DNA of 64,000 bases from NCBI GenBank assembly GCA_028534125.1, contig CM052830.1:14508001-14572000 (forward strand), given 5' to 3'. The DNA is from Lama glama (Eukaryota). The stretch's first letter is position 1; the number at the start of each line of letters is the position of its first letter. The notes under the pieces were generated by a model that saw only the letters and a list, made by a program, of their open reading frames with translations, did not search any database and had not been told where the DNA came from. Shown one piece after another: positions 50,229 through 62,681 of this stretch. The translations under genes and the position numbers were made by a program.

Positions 50229-50527
50229 CTGCGAGGCAGGATACGGGTTCAGTGGGCTGGTTGAAGAGAGCTGTCTGCTGAAACCTTGATGTGCTTCAGG
50301 GCCAGGAGAAAGCGTGAGAGGGCTGACAGGGGGCTGCCTACGCCGAGAGGGGCCGCTCAGGTTTGTGGTGGAAAGGGATGGGTTGCTGAGGGAGAAGAGA
50401 CGGAGCGAAGAGTGAAGAGCAGAGGCGCTGGGGGCAGATGCCTGGGGGTGGCTGTTCAGGGAGGAGGAGAGCGCTGTCTTATTGAGCGTGGCCTGGATGG
50501 AGGGGTTGCTCCGAGAACTCTGGAGAC
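50229..50527 (-). CDS. CRTC3: CRTC3 exon 11 (299 nt)
   Basis: cctgtag|GTCTCCAG...TCGCAG|gtaaaa; encodes LQSSRSNPSIQATLNK...LRLFSLSNPSLSTTNLSGPSRRRQPPVSPLTLSPG...YPASQ. This frame is missing from the ORF track. Confidence 0.96.
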
Positions 50528-53006
50528 CTACAGGATGACAAATTCACAAGTTACTTGTCATAATTTCAGACCAAATCTTCTGTTTTCCAAAGATTAAAGA
50601 AAACTTAACTTCCTACGATTTATATTTGATGATGATTCTGTATGAAAAAGATCTCCTGGGCAACTCTCCTACTGAAAATGGTGCCAACGGCAAGGAAAAG
50701 ACGCACCCAGACTGAGAGGGACGATGCCATCAAGATGAGAATGGCTTTTTCTTACGAAGAATGAGAGTGCGCGAACCACCCCTGGGAGAGCAGGACACGG
50801 TGAGCAGCGGCAGCACAGACCAATGTCCGGTGTGCTCTGCTCCAGCCCAAGGAGCACACCCAGGGCTGCACAGCTGATTCTGTTTAGGTCCCCCGGCTGC
50901 CTCTGTCCCAGGTGTCCAGCCAGGATGCTCTGCTACCTTTGGAAAACATCCTTTCACTGAGAGTTGTGGCTCTTGGGGAGCTGCCTCAATGGACCTCTAA
51001 ATACCCCGAGCACAGCAGAGAGTCACAGGAGGGGACACTCCATGTCTCCTGCTTCAGGGTTCTTTTCTTTTTGTTTTTCTGGCTCTTGAGAAATTGTTCA
51101 TTATAGTCTATTCCAATTTAGGGAAGAAAAAGTCTTTGCTGGTGATTTGTTTCACGTTAGGGGGAGGGTAGTAAATTTTAGCGAGAACAAGAGAGTTTGG
51201 AAAGGCATTTCCATGACACAGGCTGCTAGGGCACCAGCTCCAGGGACCCTGTCCTATGCCCTGCTGGCTCCCTGGCACCTGGCCCGGGGCCTGGCGGAGT
51301 GGCTTCACTCTAGGAATGAGTCCTCTGCTGCTGCTGTGCACCTGAGCTGGCGAGCTCCGTGTTTCAGAGCCCAGCCCACCATGCTCGTACCAGCAGTTGG
51401 AGCGAGCAGAACTGTGTGCTGTCTCATGTTGGTACAAAAAAAACTAAGTGTTACATTAAAATTATGACAATGAAGAAATGACCAAAAAAAAAAGCATTTT
51501 TAGCAGGCAAATGATTTTTTAAAGGTAGGAAAGTGTCTCTGATAAAACTGTAAGCAGTTATCCCACCATTCAACTCCCCATGAAAAGGTCAGAGAGTTGG
51601 CTGGCTCAAATAAGAATTAAAATTAGAGCTAAAGATATAAATTTAGATTTAAAAAATCATTCAGAAAGAAAGCACAAACATCTTAAAAAATATATGTGAG
51701 GCTTTGTGTACCATGCACTTTAAGGAGTGCATAGAAACTGTAAGAACTTAAGCACTGGTTCTGACATATTCTGGAAAAAATAATGCTTGTTTGAGGAAAA
51801 TAACAGCCAGCAATTATACATAGGATTTTCAGCTGAAGCAGTGTCCAAGGAGGTACTGGAGAATGCCAGCTTCCCCAAGACCCAAAGGAGCTAAGTGCCA
51901 ATGCTGCTTTACTTATGTGACCTTAGATGTCCTTGTTCACAGAGACTTCACCAAGGTCACGTAAGTAAGGCAGCAGAATAATAAAATGACAAAAAAATAA
52001 AAAAATAAAAAAATAAAGGTGGTCTCTGATATCAGTTCTTCAAACCTAAAATTATGTTGTACAATGGCAGCATCGCTGTAATTGACGGAGAACCTTCCAG
52101 GTGACCACACTGAAGGGGACCACTCTCATTTGAGTGGTGAGTTCTGATTTGCATGGACAAGTCTTACTGAACCCAGAATGGAAACCAGCACAAGCACTTC
52201 CCCCGCTGACAGACCATCACTGAGGATTCCTTCTAAAAGAAATGGTCCACCATTCTTAGAACCCTTATGGCTGGGGGCCGTCCTGCAACACTGGGAGTAA
52301 GAGAGATTAATTCCTGTCCGAGACATTGACAAGAGCATCTGTCAGGGTTCAGGCAAATGTAGTCATGTTTCAACCTGGGGGCTGAGCTGCAGGCACTCAA
52401 ATTCATACAGTAACACCCAAGTCACATCGTGGGTAGCTTTTTAATACAGCTACATGCCACATCTTTAAGCACTTCTGAAAATTTGAACCAATAATTTTGA
52501 ACTGCGGTAGGTTATTTAATATATACATCTATTAAGTGTAAGTATTTTCCCTGTATCCGCTGTAAATTTTCTAAAATTCAAAATATTCTCTTTAGAAAGC
52601 CAATGGGAAATTGGAGGGACCTAGAGAGACATCTGTAATTATTAAATATCATCATAAATTGATAACAGCCACAAACGTTGTTCCACTAACACAGAACAGA
52701 ACAGACACTTATTTCTCGACTCTCAAATCTTATTCTCCAAGTCCCTGGGACACACGGGCTGGTGAAGACAATGAAGAATGAGCTTTAACAGAGCAGCTCC
52801 AGAGTTCATCAGATCCAGGAGAAATAGAACCATCAAAATGAAATGCCAGCAAGTTGAGAGCTATAGGAGCAGGTAGTTATCATCTCCAACCCAGAGGGAG
52901 TCGCTCTAATTTGGTGACTTACTAACATGCCACCTGGCCAGGGACCACTTACAGGTAAGCCACCAGAGGACATAGGCAAGGTCCTTACGGAGTGGGGAGC
53001 GCTTAC

Positions 53007-53224
53007 CAGAAGAGCTTCTTATGCCCAGGTGAGTCATGGCAGCAGGGAGGTTGCCCATGCTGTTCCCCACACTCATGCTACCGAAGAGGTGGTCACTGCT
53101 GTCCAGGGAGGCTGGCAGGGGTGCTGAGTAGTGGAGGTTGGTGAGATCTGGCAATGACCCCCCAGTGTTCAGGGTTCCCAGAAAGGGTGAGAGGCCTATG
53201 TTTTGACCATTGTGTGGAAAAGCA
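53007..53224 (-). CDS. CRTC3: CRTC3 exon 10 (218 nt)
   Basis: ttttttcag|TGCTTTT...TCTTCTG|gtaagc; encodes AFPHNGQNIGLSPFLGTLNTGGSLPDLTNLHYS...HLGIRSSS(G), including the LNTGGSLPDL SIK/AMPK-14-3-3 type phosphosite. Confidence 0.96.
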
Positions 53225-54789
53225 CTGAAAAAAGAAAGATAAAATATTATTTTAAAAATGCATTCAGCTCTTGGGAAATAGTACCTGTATGATACTCTTC
53301 CTCTTTAAATAAAAGCAGTGGGTATCAAAGATCTAAGTCCTTGTGCTGACTCTGCCTCTTCCTCGTTCTGAGAACTTGCATCCCTGGCTTAACTTCTCTG
53401 AAGTGCAATTCGCTTACCTGTTAAGCTGGACTAAGGATGTCATCCATGCCCACGTTACAGGAATGTTTTCTGAGACAAGATTAGATTACTGATGCAAAAG
53501 TACTTTGAAAATTATAAAGCACTGTATAAACTACGAAGTACTGCTGTGTATTTATATGGTTCTTTTCGCTACATTTCTAAATTATCTTTCCTACCCAAAA
53601 AAAAAGTATCTCTGTATCAACCAGATACCTTCCAAGATATACTTTTTCAATTGCAGTTTTCATAAACTTTAAAGTGAGGAAGAGATGTTACCATTCATTT
53701 GTCAGAATCTGCTGGGCGGTCACTCTGGGCCCAGGCACTCGGCTCAGTGCTGGTGGTGTGAGGGTGAGTGAGCGCAGTGTGCGCGTTCACAGTCAGGCCC
53801 GTCCCTAACATCTGCAGGCCTGGAGGTCTGCACAGTCTGCTTAAATTTTTTAAAGTTATAAATCAAATCAACAAATCCTTAAGCGAATTATGTTTCATGT
53901 TTCTTCCCTTGACAAACTGTACCTTCGTAATTGCTGGGAAGGCCAGATTCAAGCTTAGAATTCTCTGACTCCTTGGAGCTCTGCACGAGAACATTAGAAG
54001 AGACAGCCCTAGTCCTCAGTCCACCCCACCATCTCTCCTCGCCAGCCCTGTTCTGCACTGCAGGGCACACAGGTGGCTATCCCAACCTAGGGGCTAAGAT
54101 CTGGCCATACTCCGCATCCCCCGGGCCCTCCTCCCAGGCCAGGTGGTGTGTTCCCCTGTGGTACCTGGGACACTTGATCTTGAGAGTGGAGTCCTCTGTG
54201 GGAGTGTGGGGCCCAGGGAGGGGCTGCCTGGCCCAGGTCTGAGGGGGCACTGCTCGTGAGGTCCACAGGCAGACCAGAGACAGACTGGTAAGGTAAGCAA
54301 GTGCAGGATGGCAGGAAGCTTGCTGGGCCAGGCCTGACACAAGTGATGGCTGGGGACACAGAAGCAGGAGTTGTCATTGTCAGGACAGGTGGGGAGGGAG
54401 GGTCTGACCAAGTACGTGTGCTCAGGGAACTGCAGGCAGCTTGGCACAGCCATGGGGTCACGAGTCAGGGTAGAGGGGGGAGTGCAGAGAGGGCATGAGG
54501 TAGGCGAGGCAGGTGAGTGAGGAAACAATGGTATGATAATGCGCTGTTCTGAAGAGTCTGGACCAGGGACTGCGGGACACAGGGAGCCCAGGTTTAAGCT
54601 GGAGAATGACATTTGAGAAGTGCCACTGTGGTTACACTGTGGAGGATGGCTTAAGGGAGCAGAAAGAGAAGAGGGAGAACAGTCAGAAGCGACTGTGTGG
54701 GCCAGGTCTGATCTGGGAACAAAAGAGAGATGTTGAAGAGGAGAATGGCTGGAGGAAGGTACCATTAGCCAGGAACAGGGGAAGATAAT

Positions 54790-56865
54790 GAATTCGATTG
54801 AAGACACTTCATTCAACACAGCACGCATCAGCAGGTGCCTGCCAGGTGCCAGCCACTGGCATTAGGGCCTCAAGAGACTAGGACAAAGCAGGGAGATAGA
54901 GCCACAAAGAAAATAACTTGCAATATAATACAATTCAGTAGTGCAATGACGGAGCCTGATGGATAAGGTGTGGAGGGAACAACCAGCAGGCAGAGGGGGC
55001 TTCCTGGAGGACATCTGAGCTGAGCTTCAAGCCTAAAGACTTCAGATGATCTAGACAGGAAAATCATTTCAGGCTGAGTTCCCAGCATGGGCAGAGCAGA
55101 GAGGCACGTAACCACAGAGTGTGCCCATGGAACTTAGCCACCGCAGGAAGGTCAAATTTAGGAGGGGCGGATGTGATGGGAGATGGGACCAGAGAAGCAG
55201 GCAGAAAGCCCGAGGACTGAACTGACAAGCTGATGACAAGAAGCCAGTGGGAGGTTGAGAGCAGGGAAGAGACATAATCATTCCCAGGACAGCATGGCTC
55301 ACAGACTTGGGGGAGGGAGGGCAGGGTGTAAGGAGCAGAGTCTGAAGGCAGAGAGGTGAGTTATGATGCTGCTGAATAATCAGGCGAGACATAATGAGAG
55401 CGGAGGGACTCGAGAGATGCTCAAGGAAGTACTCAAGAACGACTCTTGACTCTCTGGAGCGGGGACTGGTGGAACCACGCCAGCCGGGCCGGGGGACACG
55501 GAGGTGTGCAAGTAGGCTGGGGATGAGGGTGGGTGGTGTGGATAAGACAATGATTCTGTTTGAGACACTGAGGTGAGATGGAGGGGCACGTCATGGGATG
55601 TTTCTTGAGCAGAGATCCATTGGAACAGTGTGGGTGGGAGCCAGGTCACAGGGGGTTGAGGAGTGGACAAGGAGCCTCAAGAGTAAATATGCTTTCAAAA
55701 AGTGTGGCTGAGAATTCTGGAAATGAGAAGGAAGTAACTAAAACAGAATGCAGGGTCATGGAAGGGCTTTTTAGTGCAGAATCCTTTAAACGCAGAGCGG
55801 AAACTTAGTAGAGAGGGAAAGGCTGAAAATACAGGAGAGGGGAGGATAAAGCAGAAGAGAGGTCTCACAAAGGGCCCGGGACATGGGCGAGGCAGTCAGC
55901 CTTGAATAGGAGGGACACCTGTGTCTCTGAGACTAGAAAAAAAGATGGCCAGAGGGGAATCGGGGCAGGAGGGAGGCTGAGCATTCACTCCCAAAGGCCT
56001 CTTTTTTCTGGGTAAAAGCAGGGCTGGGATAACTGTGGGGGCTTGAAAAGAAGTGGGGAAGCAGGAAGGGTGTTCAATTTGATGGACGAGGAAGAAGGAC
56101 AATTTCGGTTGTAGAAAAACTGAATGTGACATCTTGTCTCTCAGATGGCTGGTTGCAGGGTTAAAGGTCAAGGACTAGGAAATAAACGTGAGAACCCAGA
56201 GCTGCTCACCATGAGGGCAGACAGGCTCTCTGACTAAGAGGAAAGATCCATTGGATGCTCAGGTGGGGATGAGGCAGAAGGAGGAAGAGAAGCGCAGAAA
56301 TAGCATCTGGTGGCACAGAGCAAGGATGGAGATGGTAACTGGGACCGGCATGACCCAGGTCAGCAGTGACATTCAAGACGATTTCTCTCCAGTTGAGAGA
56401 AATACAAGTTTTAACCTTCCAATTATGGTTGCTACCTGCTGGAATCGTCTCTTGGAGCTGACATAAGGCAGGTAATATTCTCCCCGCTTCAAAACCCTCC
56501 GATGATTCTAACTTACTTCAGGCCACCCCAGCCTCCGTACTGTCCAGGCACACTCCTGCCTCAGGGTCTCTGTACTGTTCCCTCTGCCCTTCCCTTCACT
56601 TCATCCCGGGTTCTGCTCATTTATCATCTTATCAGAGAGGCCCTCCCAGACATCCATCGCTGCCTATCTCCTTACTTGGCTTTCTTTTCCTTCACTGCAT
56701 TTACCAACACATGACAAACATTATATTTATTTGCTTAATTGTTTTTGCCCATCTCACTCCACTAGAGCATTAGCTCCTTGAAAGCAGGGACTCGATCTGT
56801 TTTGTTCCCTGCTTTACCCCAGAGCCTAGAATTAGGGGCTCAGTAAACACCTGGATGAATAGGAG
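54790..56865. mobile_element. L2 LINE remnants in both orientations, intron 9
   Basis: L2 3'-end motifs (cattcaaca...gccaggtgcc; gctccttgaaagcagggact...ctcagtaaacacctggatgaat). Confidence 0.6.
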
Positions 56866-57775
56866 TCACTGAACGTAAATTCTACCTCTAACATAAGAGC
56901 AAGAAAGCAACTTTCCTTATCTAGGAAACACTTGCTTCAAAACCCTCAGGGGTGGGGACAAGGGGTTTAAAGCACTGCAGACCCTTCTGTAAGGCAGGCC
57001 TTTGGGGCCTTGATCATTTGTTTGTCTGAGGACTGAGCCATAACGCGTTTTTAAGAAGAATCCTGGCCGCATCTGTGGGGACGTCCCAACCCGAGGGATG
57101 CTGGCCTTCTATCAGGCATGTGTCCCGGCAGGCTTTCTGACTTCCTGACCCTCTGCTCAGTGGGCCATTAATGACATGGGTTTATGTTTAACTAGCCAAA
57201 AAGAACTTCTGCACTCCAGCCACTCAGTAGGAGCGCCCTGAACTCGCTGCTGCTAACGTTCGTGGAAGGCTGTATTAATGGGGAGATGGTAAATAAGGAC
57301 AGCCTGATGTAGACTTGGCTCCTCTCCAGACCCTCTAAGCCCCGCGCTTGTTCTCAGCTACATCAGCAAGGGTGCTGTTTTCAAACCACGTGATTTTGGC
57401 CCTGGAAAGAGTTGCTGTTTCTGATCTGGTTTTGGTCCAAGCCCATGGGGCAGCCCTGATGGACACTGTGGCATCTCAGGACACTGTCCATCACATCCCA
57501 AGGGGTTGGTCCCCTCGGTGCAGATCTGTAGGGGAGAGAGTCCTCCCAGCGCCTCAGCATCAGGGAGCGGCTGCTCCACCCCGGCTGCTGCCGTCTGTCA
57601 TTCAGCGATGGCTCTGTCTCCGTGTCACTGTCACCTTCGAGTTCTTCCTCAGTCCCCACTTCCTCAGGAACGTCTTTATCTTTTAGTGCTATACATGTGT
57701 TTGTAAGCTGTCTCAAATCTTTCAGGAAGTTGTGCACTTCTAAGTACGTTAATTAATTGTTCCGCAGAAACTTCC

Positions 57776-57921
57776 TTTTTTTTTCTTTTGTGGGAGGGGG
57801 GAGGTAATTAGGTTTGCTTGTTTGTTTGTTTGTTTGTTTATTTATTTTAACAGAGGTACTGGGGATTGAACCCAGAACCTCATGCATGCACACACTCTAC
57901 CACTGAGCTATACCCTCCCCC
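57776..57921 (-). mobile_element. Vic-1-like SINE (intron 9) with a small internal deletion
   Basis: Head cactgagctataccctcccc; lacks the central ctaag segment seen in the other copies. Confidence 0.88.
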
Positions 57922-58426
57922 CACATGGAAACTCTATATTGCAAATTTACCTACTTATTCATCTTCCATCAGTTTTTAAAATTGTAGTAAAATATCCATA
58001 ACATAAAATTCACCCATTAAATGTACAGTTCTGCGGCGTCTGGCACATCTGTAGAAACTTTCTTAGTTGACTTCTGTGTCACCGAGTTGCCAGGTGCCCA
58101 GGGCTGCCAATGGAGCGAGGGTGGTGGGCCCCTCTCGACGCCTGCACACTTCTGCTCCTGCCCGTGGGGTCATGTGTTTACTGAGAGCCAGTTGTGTCAT
58201 TCTCAAACATATTTATGGCAGTTTTATTTGTTATTGCAGTTATGTAATATAATTACTTCAAACAAGTGAAATATGAGTACTAAAGAGAGCTGTTGCTTTT
58301 ATGAAAATTCAGTTGACTTTCAACTTATATATAACGAGTGAAGTTTCTCAGGGTTCTCTGATGACTTTCTTTTGGATAAGCCTTCAGTACAGCCTCTGAG
58401 CCATGAACGGAAAGAAGATTACTTAC

Positions 58427-58476
58427 CTGCCTCCTCCGACGTCACAGGACCGAGGGCGCCCTGACAGGGACTGGAT
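58427..58476 (-). CDS. CRTC3: CRTC3 exon 9 (50 nt)
   Basis: ctccccag|ATCCAG...GGCAG|gtaagt; encodes IQSLSGRPRSCDVGGG(S). Confidence 0.95.
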
Positions 58477-60003
58477 CTGGGGAGAGATACAGAAAGCGGG
58501 GCTTACTCATCGTAAAGCCAAATTCAAGTTTTTAAAAAGTGTCTTTGCAGGTATCTTGGAGCTCCAGTCAGTGCAAGTCAGAGCCAGCGCTTGTAAATAA
58601 GCATCCTTGCAAAGCAGCCGTTTAAGTTTTAACTAGACTTTTTCAGGCACAAGGGAGATGTAATGTTAATGCATTTTCTTAATTTTGATACTTTCTTAAT
58701 TTATCTTCTAGATGGAGATTATTTCCTTCCAAAAGGCCAATATTTTTCATATAGAGCTTTAAAACAAACGTTTATTTTCCAACTGGCCTGAGAGGAAAAG
58801 AAGAAAACAGAAAAACAAAACAAGGTGAAAAGAGAAGAAATCACCATTAGAAGAAAATAAATATTTCAACTAGAAACTAAGTTTCAGGACGAGGGGGAGG
58901 AACTTTTATTTTGTTTATTGCTGTATTCCTGCACCTAGGATGCCTGGCAACAGGTGCTCAATAAATGTATGTTTAAAAAGATGAATGAACCTATTGACTT
59001 AACTCTTCTCCCAGAAATGATTTATGGAGACCTGGAAGTCCGTAAGAACTAGGAGAGGTAAAGACCTCTTCAGAGAGAGAGCAGTCCCTGGTACTGGGGC
59101 AAGAGTGGGTGCCACTGCCCCCTTTGTGGGGAAGATATCACGTCCTCTGATAAAAGCCTCCAAAAGCACCTGTGCCTTCCACAGCCACAAACACAGTGGG
59201 CTGCTTCTATATTTAAGTATGTGAATTTAAACCACCTCTTTTTTCCCCCAAAAGATTGAACACCATAACATCTTGCTTTTACAAAAGACCTCTCGAGCCC
59301 ACCCTGATGCTGACATTGCCTTTGGTAGACTTGGCAGCAGAAACTGGAGCTGAACCAAAGGAAGCCTAAGCAGACAGGGATGGTCAAGTCCCAGGCAATA
59401 CAAGCAACGTCAGCAGCGCGTCTGACGGCTGGGGCAGAGGCACTGTTTTCCTTCAGGGGCAACAGCTTCCCCATGGGAAGAAAGGCCAATTCAGGCACCG
59501 TGGGACCTCCTTCTCTTCCAAGGCAGGTGAGTTGACAGAGAGAGCCATGGTGGACGTCAGGGACAAATACTCAATGGCTCTTAGAAACCATTAAATGGAG
59601 GACTTCCTTTCTGACTTCCAGAGGACTATCTCATGGACAGCAAATCTGGACAGAAGCTGGTGACTGCTACACAAAACATAAAAATCTGCCTAAGACTTGT
59701 AACCAGTTTTCAGCGCTTCTAGTAACTGGAATGAGATATGAAGAACCAGCAGGCTTCTCTGAATGAGTAAATTCACATGAAAACTACAAAGTCCAGAGAT
59801 CACTGTACTAATGTATCAACACAATTGTGATCACTTTTATTTGAGCCATCATTCCCTCGTATAGGCTTCCTGTCTCTGTCCCCAGACATCCGCTCTGCCT
59901 TTTTTCCCAATTCCTCTTGTTTTCTCCTCCACGGGTCTTGACGATGACCTCTAAAGTACAAATATTCAGTGCCAACAAACATAGCTGAGTGCTGTCCACC
60001 CAC

Positions 60004-60089
60004 CTCCTTGGTCTCCCACAGCTGTTTTGGCAGCGGCTTGGGAACGTTTACCAGATTCTCTTCTTTCAGTGGGCCAGGGAAAGGCACGG
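60004..60089 (-). CDS. CRTC3: CRTC3 exon 8 (86 nt)
   Basis: ccttccag|CCGTG...AAGGAG|gtggg; encodes (A)VPFPGPLKEENLVNVPKPLPKQLWETKE. Confidence 0.95.
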
Positions 60090-62645
60090 CTGGAAGGGAG
60101 AAGAGGCACATTCACTGCATTAGAAGGCAGCCAGCCTGCCTTCGGCTAAATTATCTTTGTAAACATGACTGATTTAACATATATGCATGGACCGTCTACG
60201 AGGGAAGGTGTCTTGAGCATTACTGTGGGGCCTGCACAGATGAGTAAGATGTGCATTCAGCCTCTGAGGACTTTAAACTCTAGTCAGGAAAGGCCAACAC
60301 ACGAATACCCACCCACGACTGGAAGGAGAAGCGAGGGGAGACTCGCAAGCATGAAGGGCTGGGTGCTGCTGAAAGGGCAGACCAGGAAGAGCCCATGCAG
60401 GCCTCCGGACTTCAGCACTGAGAAGCCTTTTAGGGATACAGGAATCAGGCTTTCCCAGAGAGGGAAAAATAAGGACAAAGGCCTAGAGAGAGAGGGAGTG
60501 GTGGGCAACCATTGAGCAGAGCTGTTCTTTTCAACTGGAGTGTAGGGTAAGTGGGGAGGTGGCAGGAAGTAAAGATTGGGGGACTCGAGGCCAGACCAGG
60601 GAAGGCCCTGCAGACTTGGCAAGGAGAGAATGAAAAAAAAGGATGAGGAGAGAACCACAAAAATCTAGGAGAGATGAAATGGGCATGGTAACAGAGAGAG
60701 AGGAGGAATACCTTATGGCAGACATGGTGGCAGTGAGGCGCCTTGGGCACGGGCTGGGAGTGGCAGGTAAAGAGGAGTCGAGAACCCAGAGGACTGGGCT
60801 GGGCGGCTGAAGGGCCCTGTCCTAGCTCATCAATGCTGTAAAACAGCCTGGGTCTGTACCGAGGGGCCATTCCAGGGCCTTCTGCTGTTAACGTTCTGCC
60901 AGGTAAAATGGGAGGGCTGAGCCATCAAACAAGGGAAAACTTTTTGTTCTTGGAGAGAGACCAGGAGATAAGGGCCAGCTGTCAGGGATGAAGGGACCTG
61001 ATGTCAGGAAGGGCATTCATCAGAGAGACGGGTGACTGCTGAGAACTACCAATGCTGTTAGGTTCTGGTGACCATGTCAGCTCCAGGATGACTGTCATGA
61101 CTGTCCTGTCTTAGCCCCACACAGGATAACAGACCCCAGAGACAAGCCACTTAAAACAGAGACTGAAATTTCACAGTAAATTCTGAGAATGGTGCAACGT
61201 TCCCTGCAGTTAACCTCCTCGGTGCCATCACTACGGCAGTCATCTCTGCCTAGACAGTCCAGGCTGTATCAGTGAGCCCAGGGGTCTTTCTTAATCCTGA
61301 CATTCAAACCACTCTCTTTTGGAAAAGCTTATTTTGTCAACATCCTTGTCTGGCTTCTGTTTCTTCAAATGTTACCTTGGCTAATTGATAACACAAACTG
61401 CTTCAGAAATGTAAGCTCCATGAGGGAAGGGCCTTTATTTTATTCACTGCTGGGCAGTGCTTAAAACAGTACCAGGTAAACACTGGCCCTACAGCCCCCT
61501 CTCAACAAACTGGAGGACAGGAATAATAGGTCTGAGAACCTTTATAAAGCAATACAATGACTTAAGAATAAAACATTGCTCTGAAAGGTACTGTTGGATG
61601 ACAGGAAGAGTTTCAAGGCTGATGGAGGTGGCTTCATGGCTCAAGGCTGCTCTTCATTACAGCCTGGCCACAGGAATATGGCTGGAGTGTGTACTCCAAC
61701 GCCTTAGAGGGGATGGTTTCCTTAGAGCAGGTTCACTGGGTCTAGTCTCTTTTCACATCCAAGACTGGCTGGGAATTCGTCAAAGAACTCATTGGGGGAA
61801 TGCAAATGACTGTGAACCCATTTCTTTATTTCTGTCCTCGTGGATTAGATATTTATTGCTGCTTCAACTCTGATTTTATTCATGGCCTAAAGTGGCTTGC
61901 CGGGAAAAGGCGTATCCAGGATGATGAAAGAGGATTGTGCCTCTGGGGCAAGATGCTCCTCATTCATCATGTTCCCCATGAGCTGATCTCTGCAATACAT
62001 AAACCTAATTTAGTTGTTCACTCTCAGATTATGAAAATTAAATTTCATATTATAAAGTTTTAGGGAAAAGAAAACAGTGCCTGGTACTGAATGGGTAAAT
62101 GAACTGTGTCAGACCCTCATTAGTCAATGGCTCTGAGGGTCACTGAGTAGCTAGCTCTCCAGCATTACTTTAATCAGCTTTATGAAACTCATTATCTTTT
62201 GCAAGATTTGCAATCAATTTGTATTTTTGTTGCACTGTTTATTTACATCTGTCAATTATTGACTCACAAAACTGTCTAAATGGGCAGGGAAAGACAGCTG
62301 AGGAAGGCAGGACATTGGAACAACCAATGGTTTAAGTGACCGATTCATTAATATTTTCACGTGATACAAATTTTGCCCTCTTGCACAACCTTGTGACTAT
62401 GGGACTGTGGGGACTCAGATGATAAGAAGCCTTTGTAATCTAACCACACATTTCCTTTCTCATGGCCTTGATCATGGCTAGCCCTAATTTTATAGAGCAT
62501 CTCAGGAAAGGAAATCAATCAGCAGTTGTCAGCATTTGGGGAAGTCCTGAAAACGTGAGTATTAATTAGTTCAGATGTTGAAAGAAGGTTATGTATATTA
62601 CAGTCAGTACCCAACTCAGCACAGGTAGGCGAAATCAATTCATAC

Positions 62646-62681
62646 CTTCCCCATGTACATCGTTCTCACCATCACAGAAAC
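62646..62681 (-). CDS. CRTC3: CRTC3 exon 7 (36 nt)
   Basis: Minus strand reads ttcccactag|GTTTCTGTGATGGTGAGAACGATGTACATGGGGAAG|gtatg, encoding (G)FCDGENDVHGE. Confidence 0.93.

Noticed and set aside
54094-54828. Longest ORF in the track (244 aa, minus strand)
   Set aside because: It is intronic, P/S/L-rich low-information translation over GC-rich decayed L2-like sequence, with no recognisable domain.
57381-57737. 118-aa ORF with an acidic stretch (EEVGTEEELEGDSDTETE)
   Set aside because: It is not part of CRTC3, has no supported splice sites, and is probably a remnant of a pogo/Tigger-type transposon.
18973-57921. tRNA-Ala-like sequences as real tRNA genes
   Set aside because: Each has the shared AT-rich tail, several have clear TSDs, and the stems are degenerate, so they are SINE copies.
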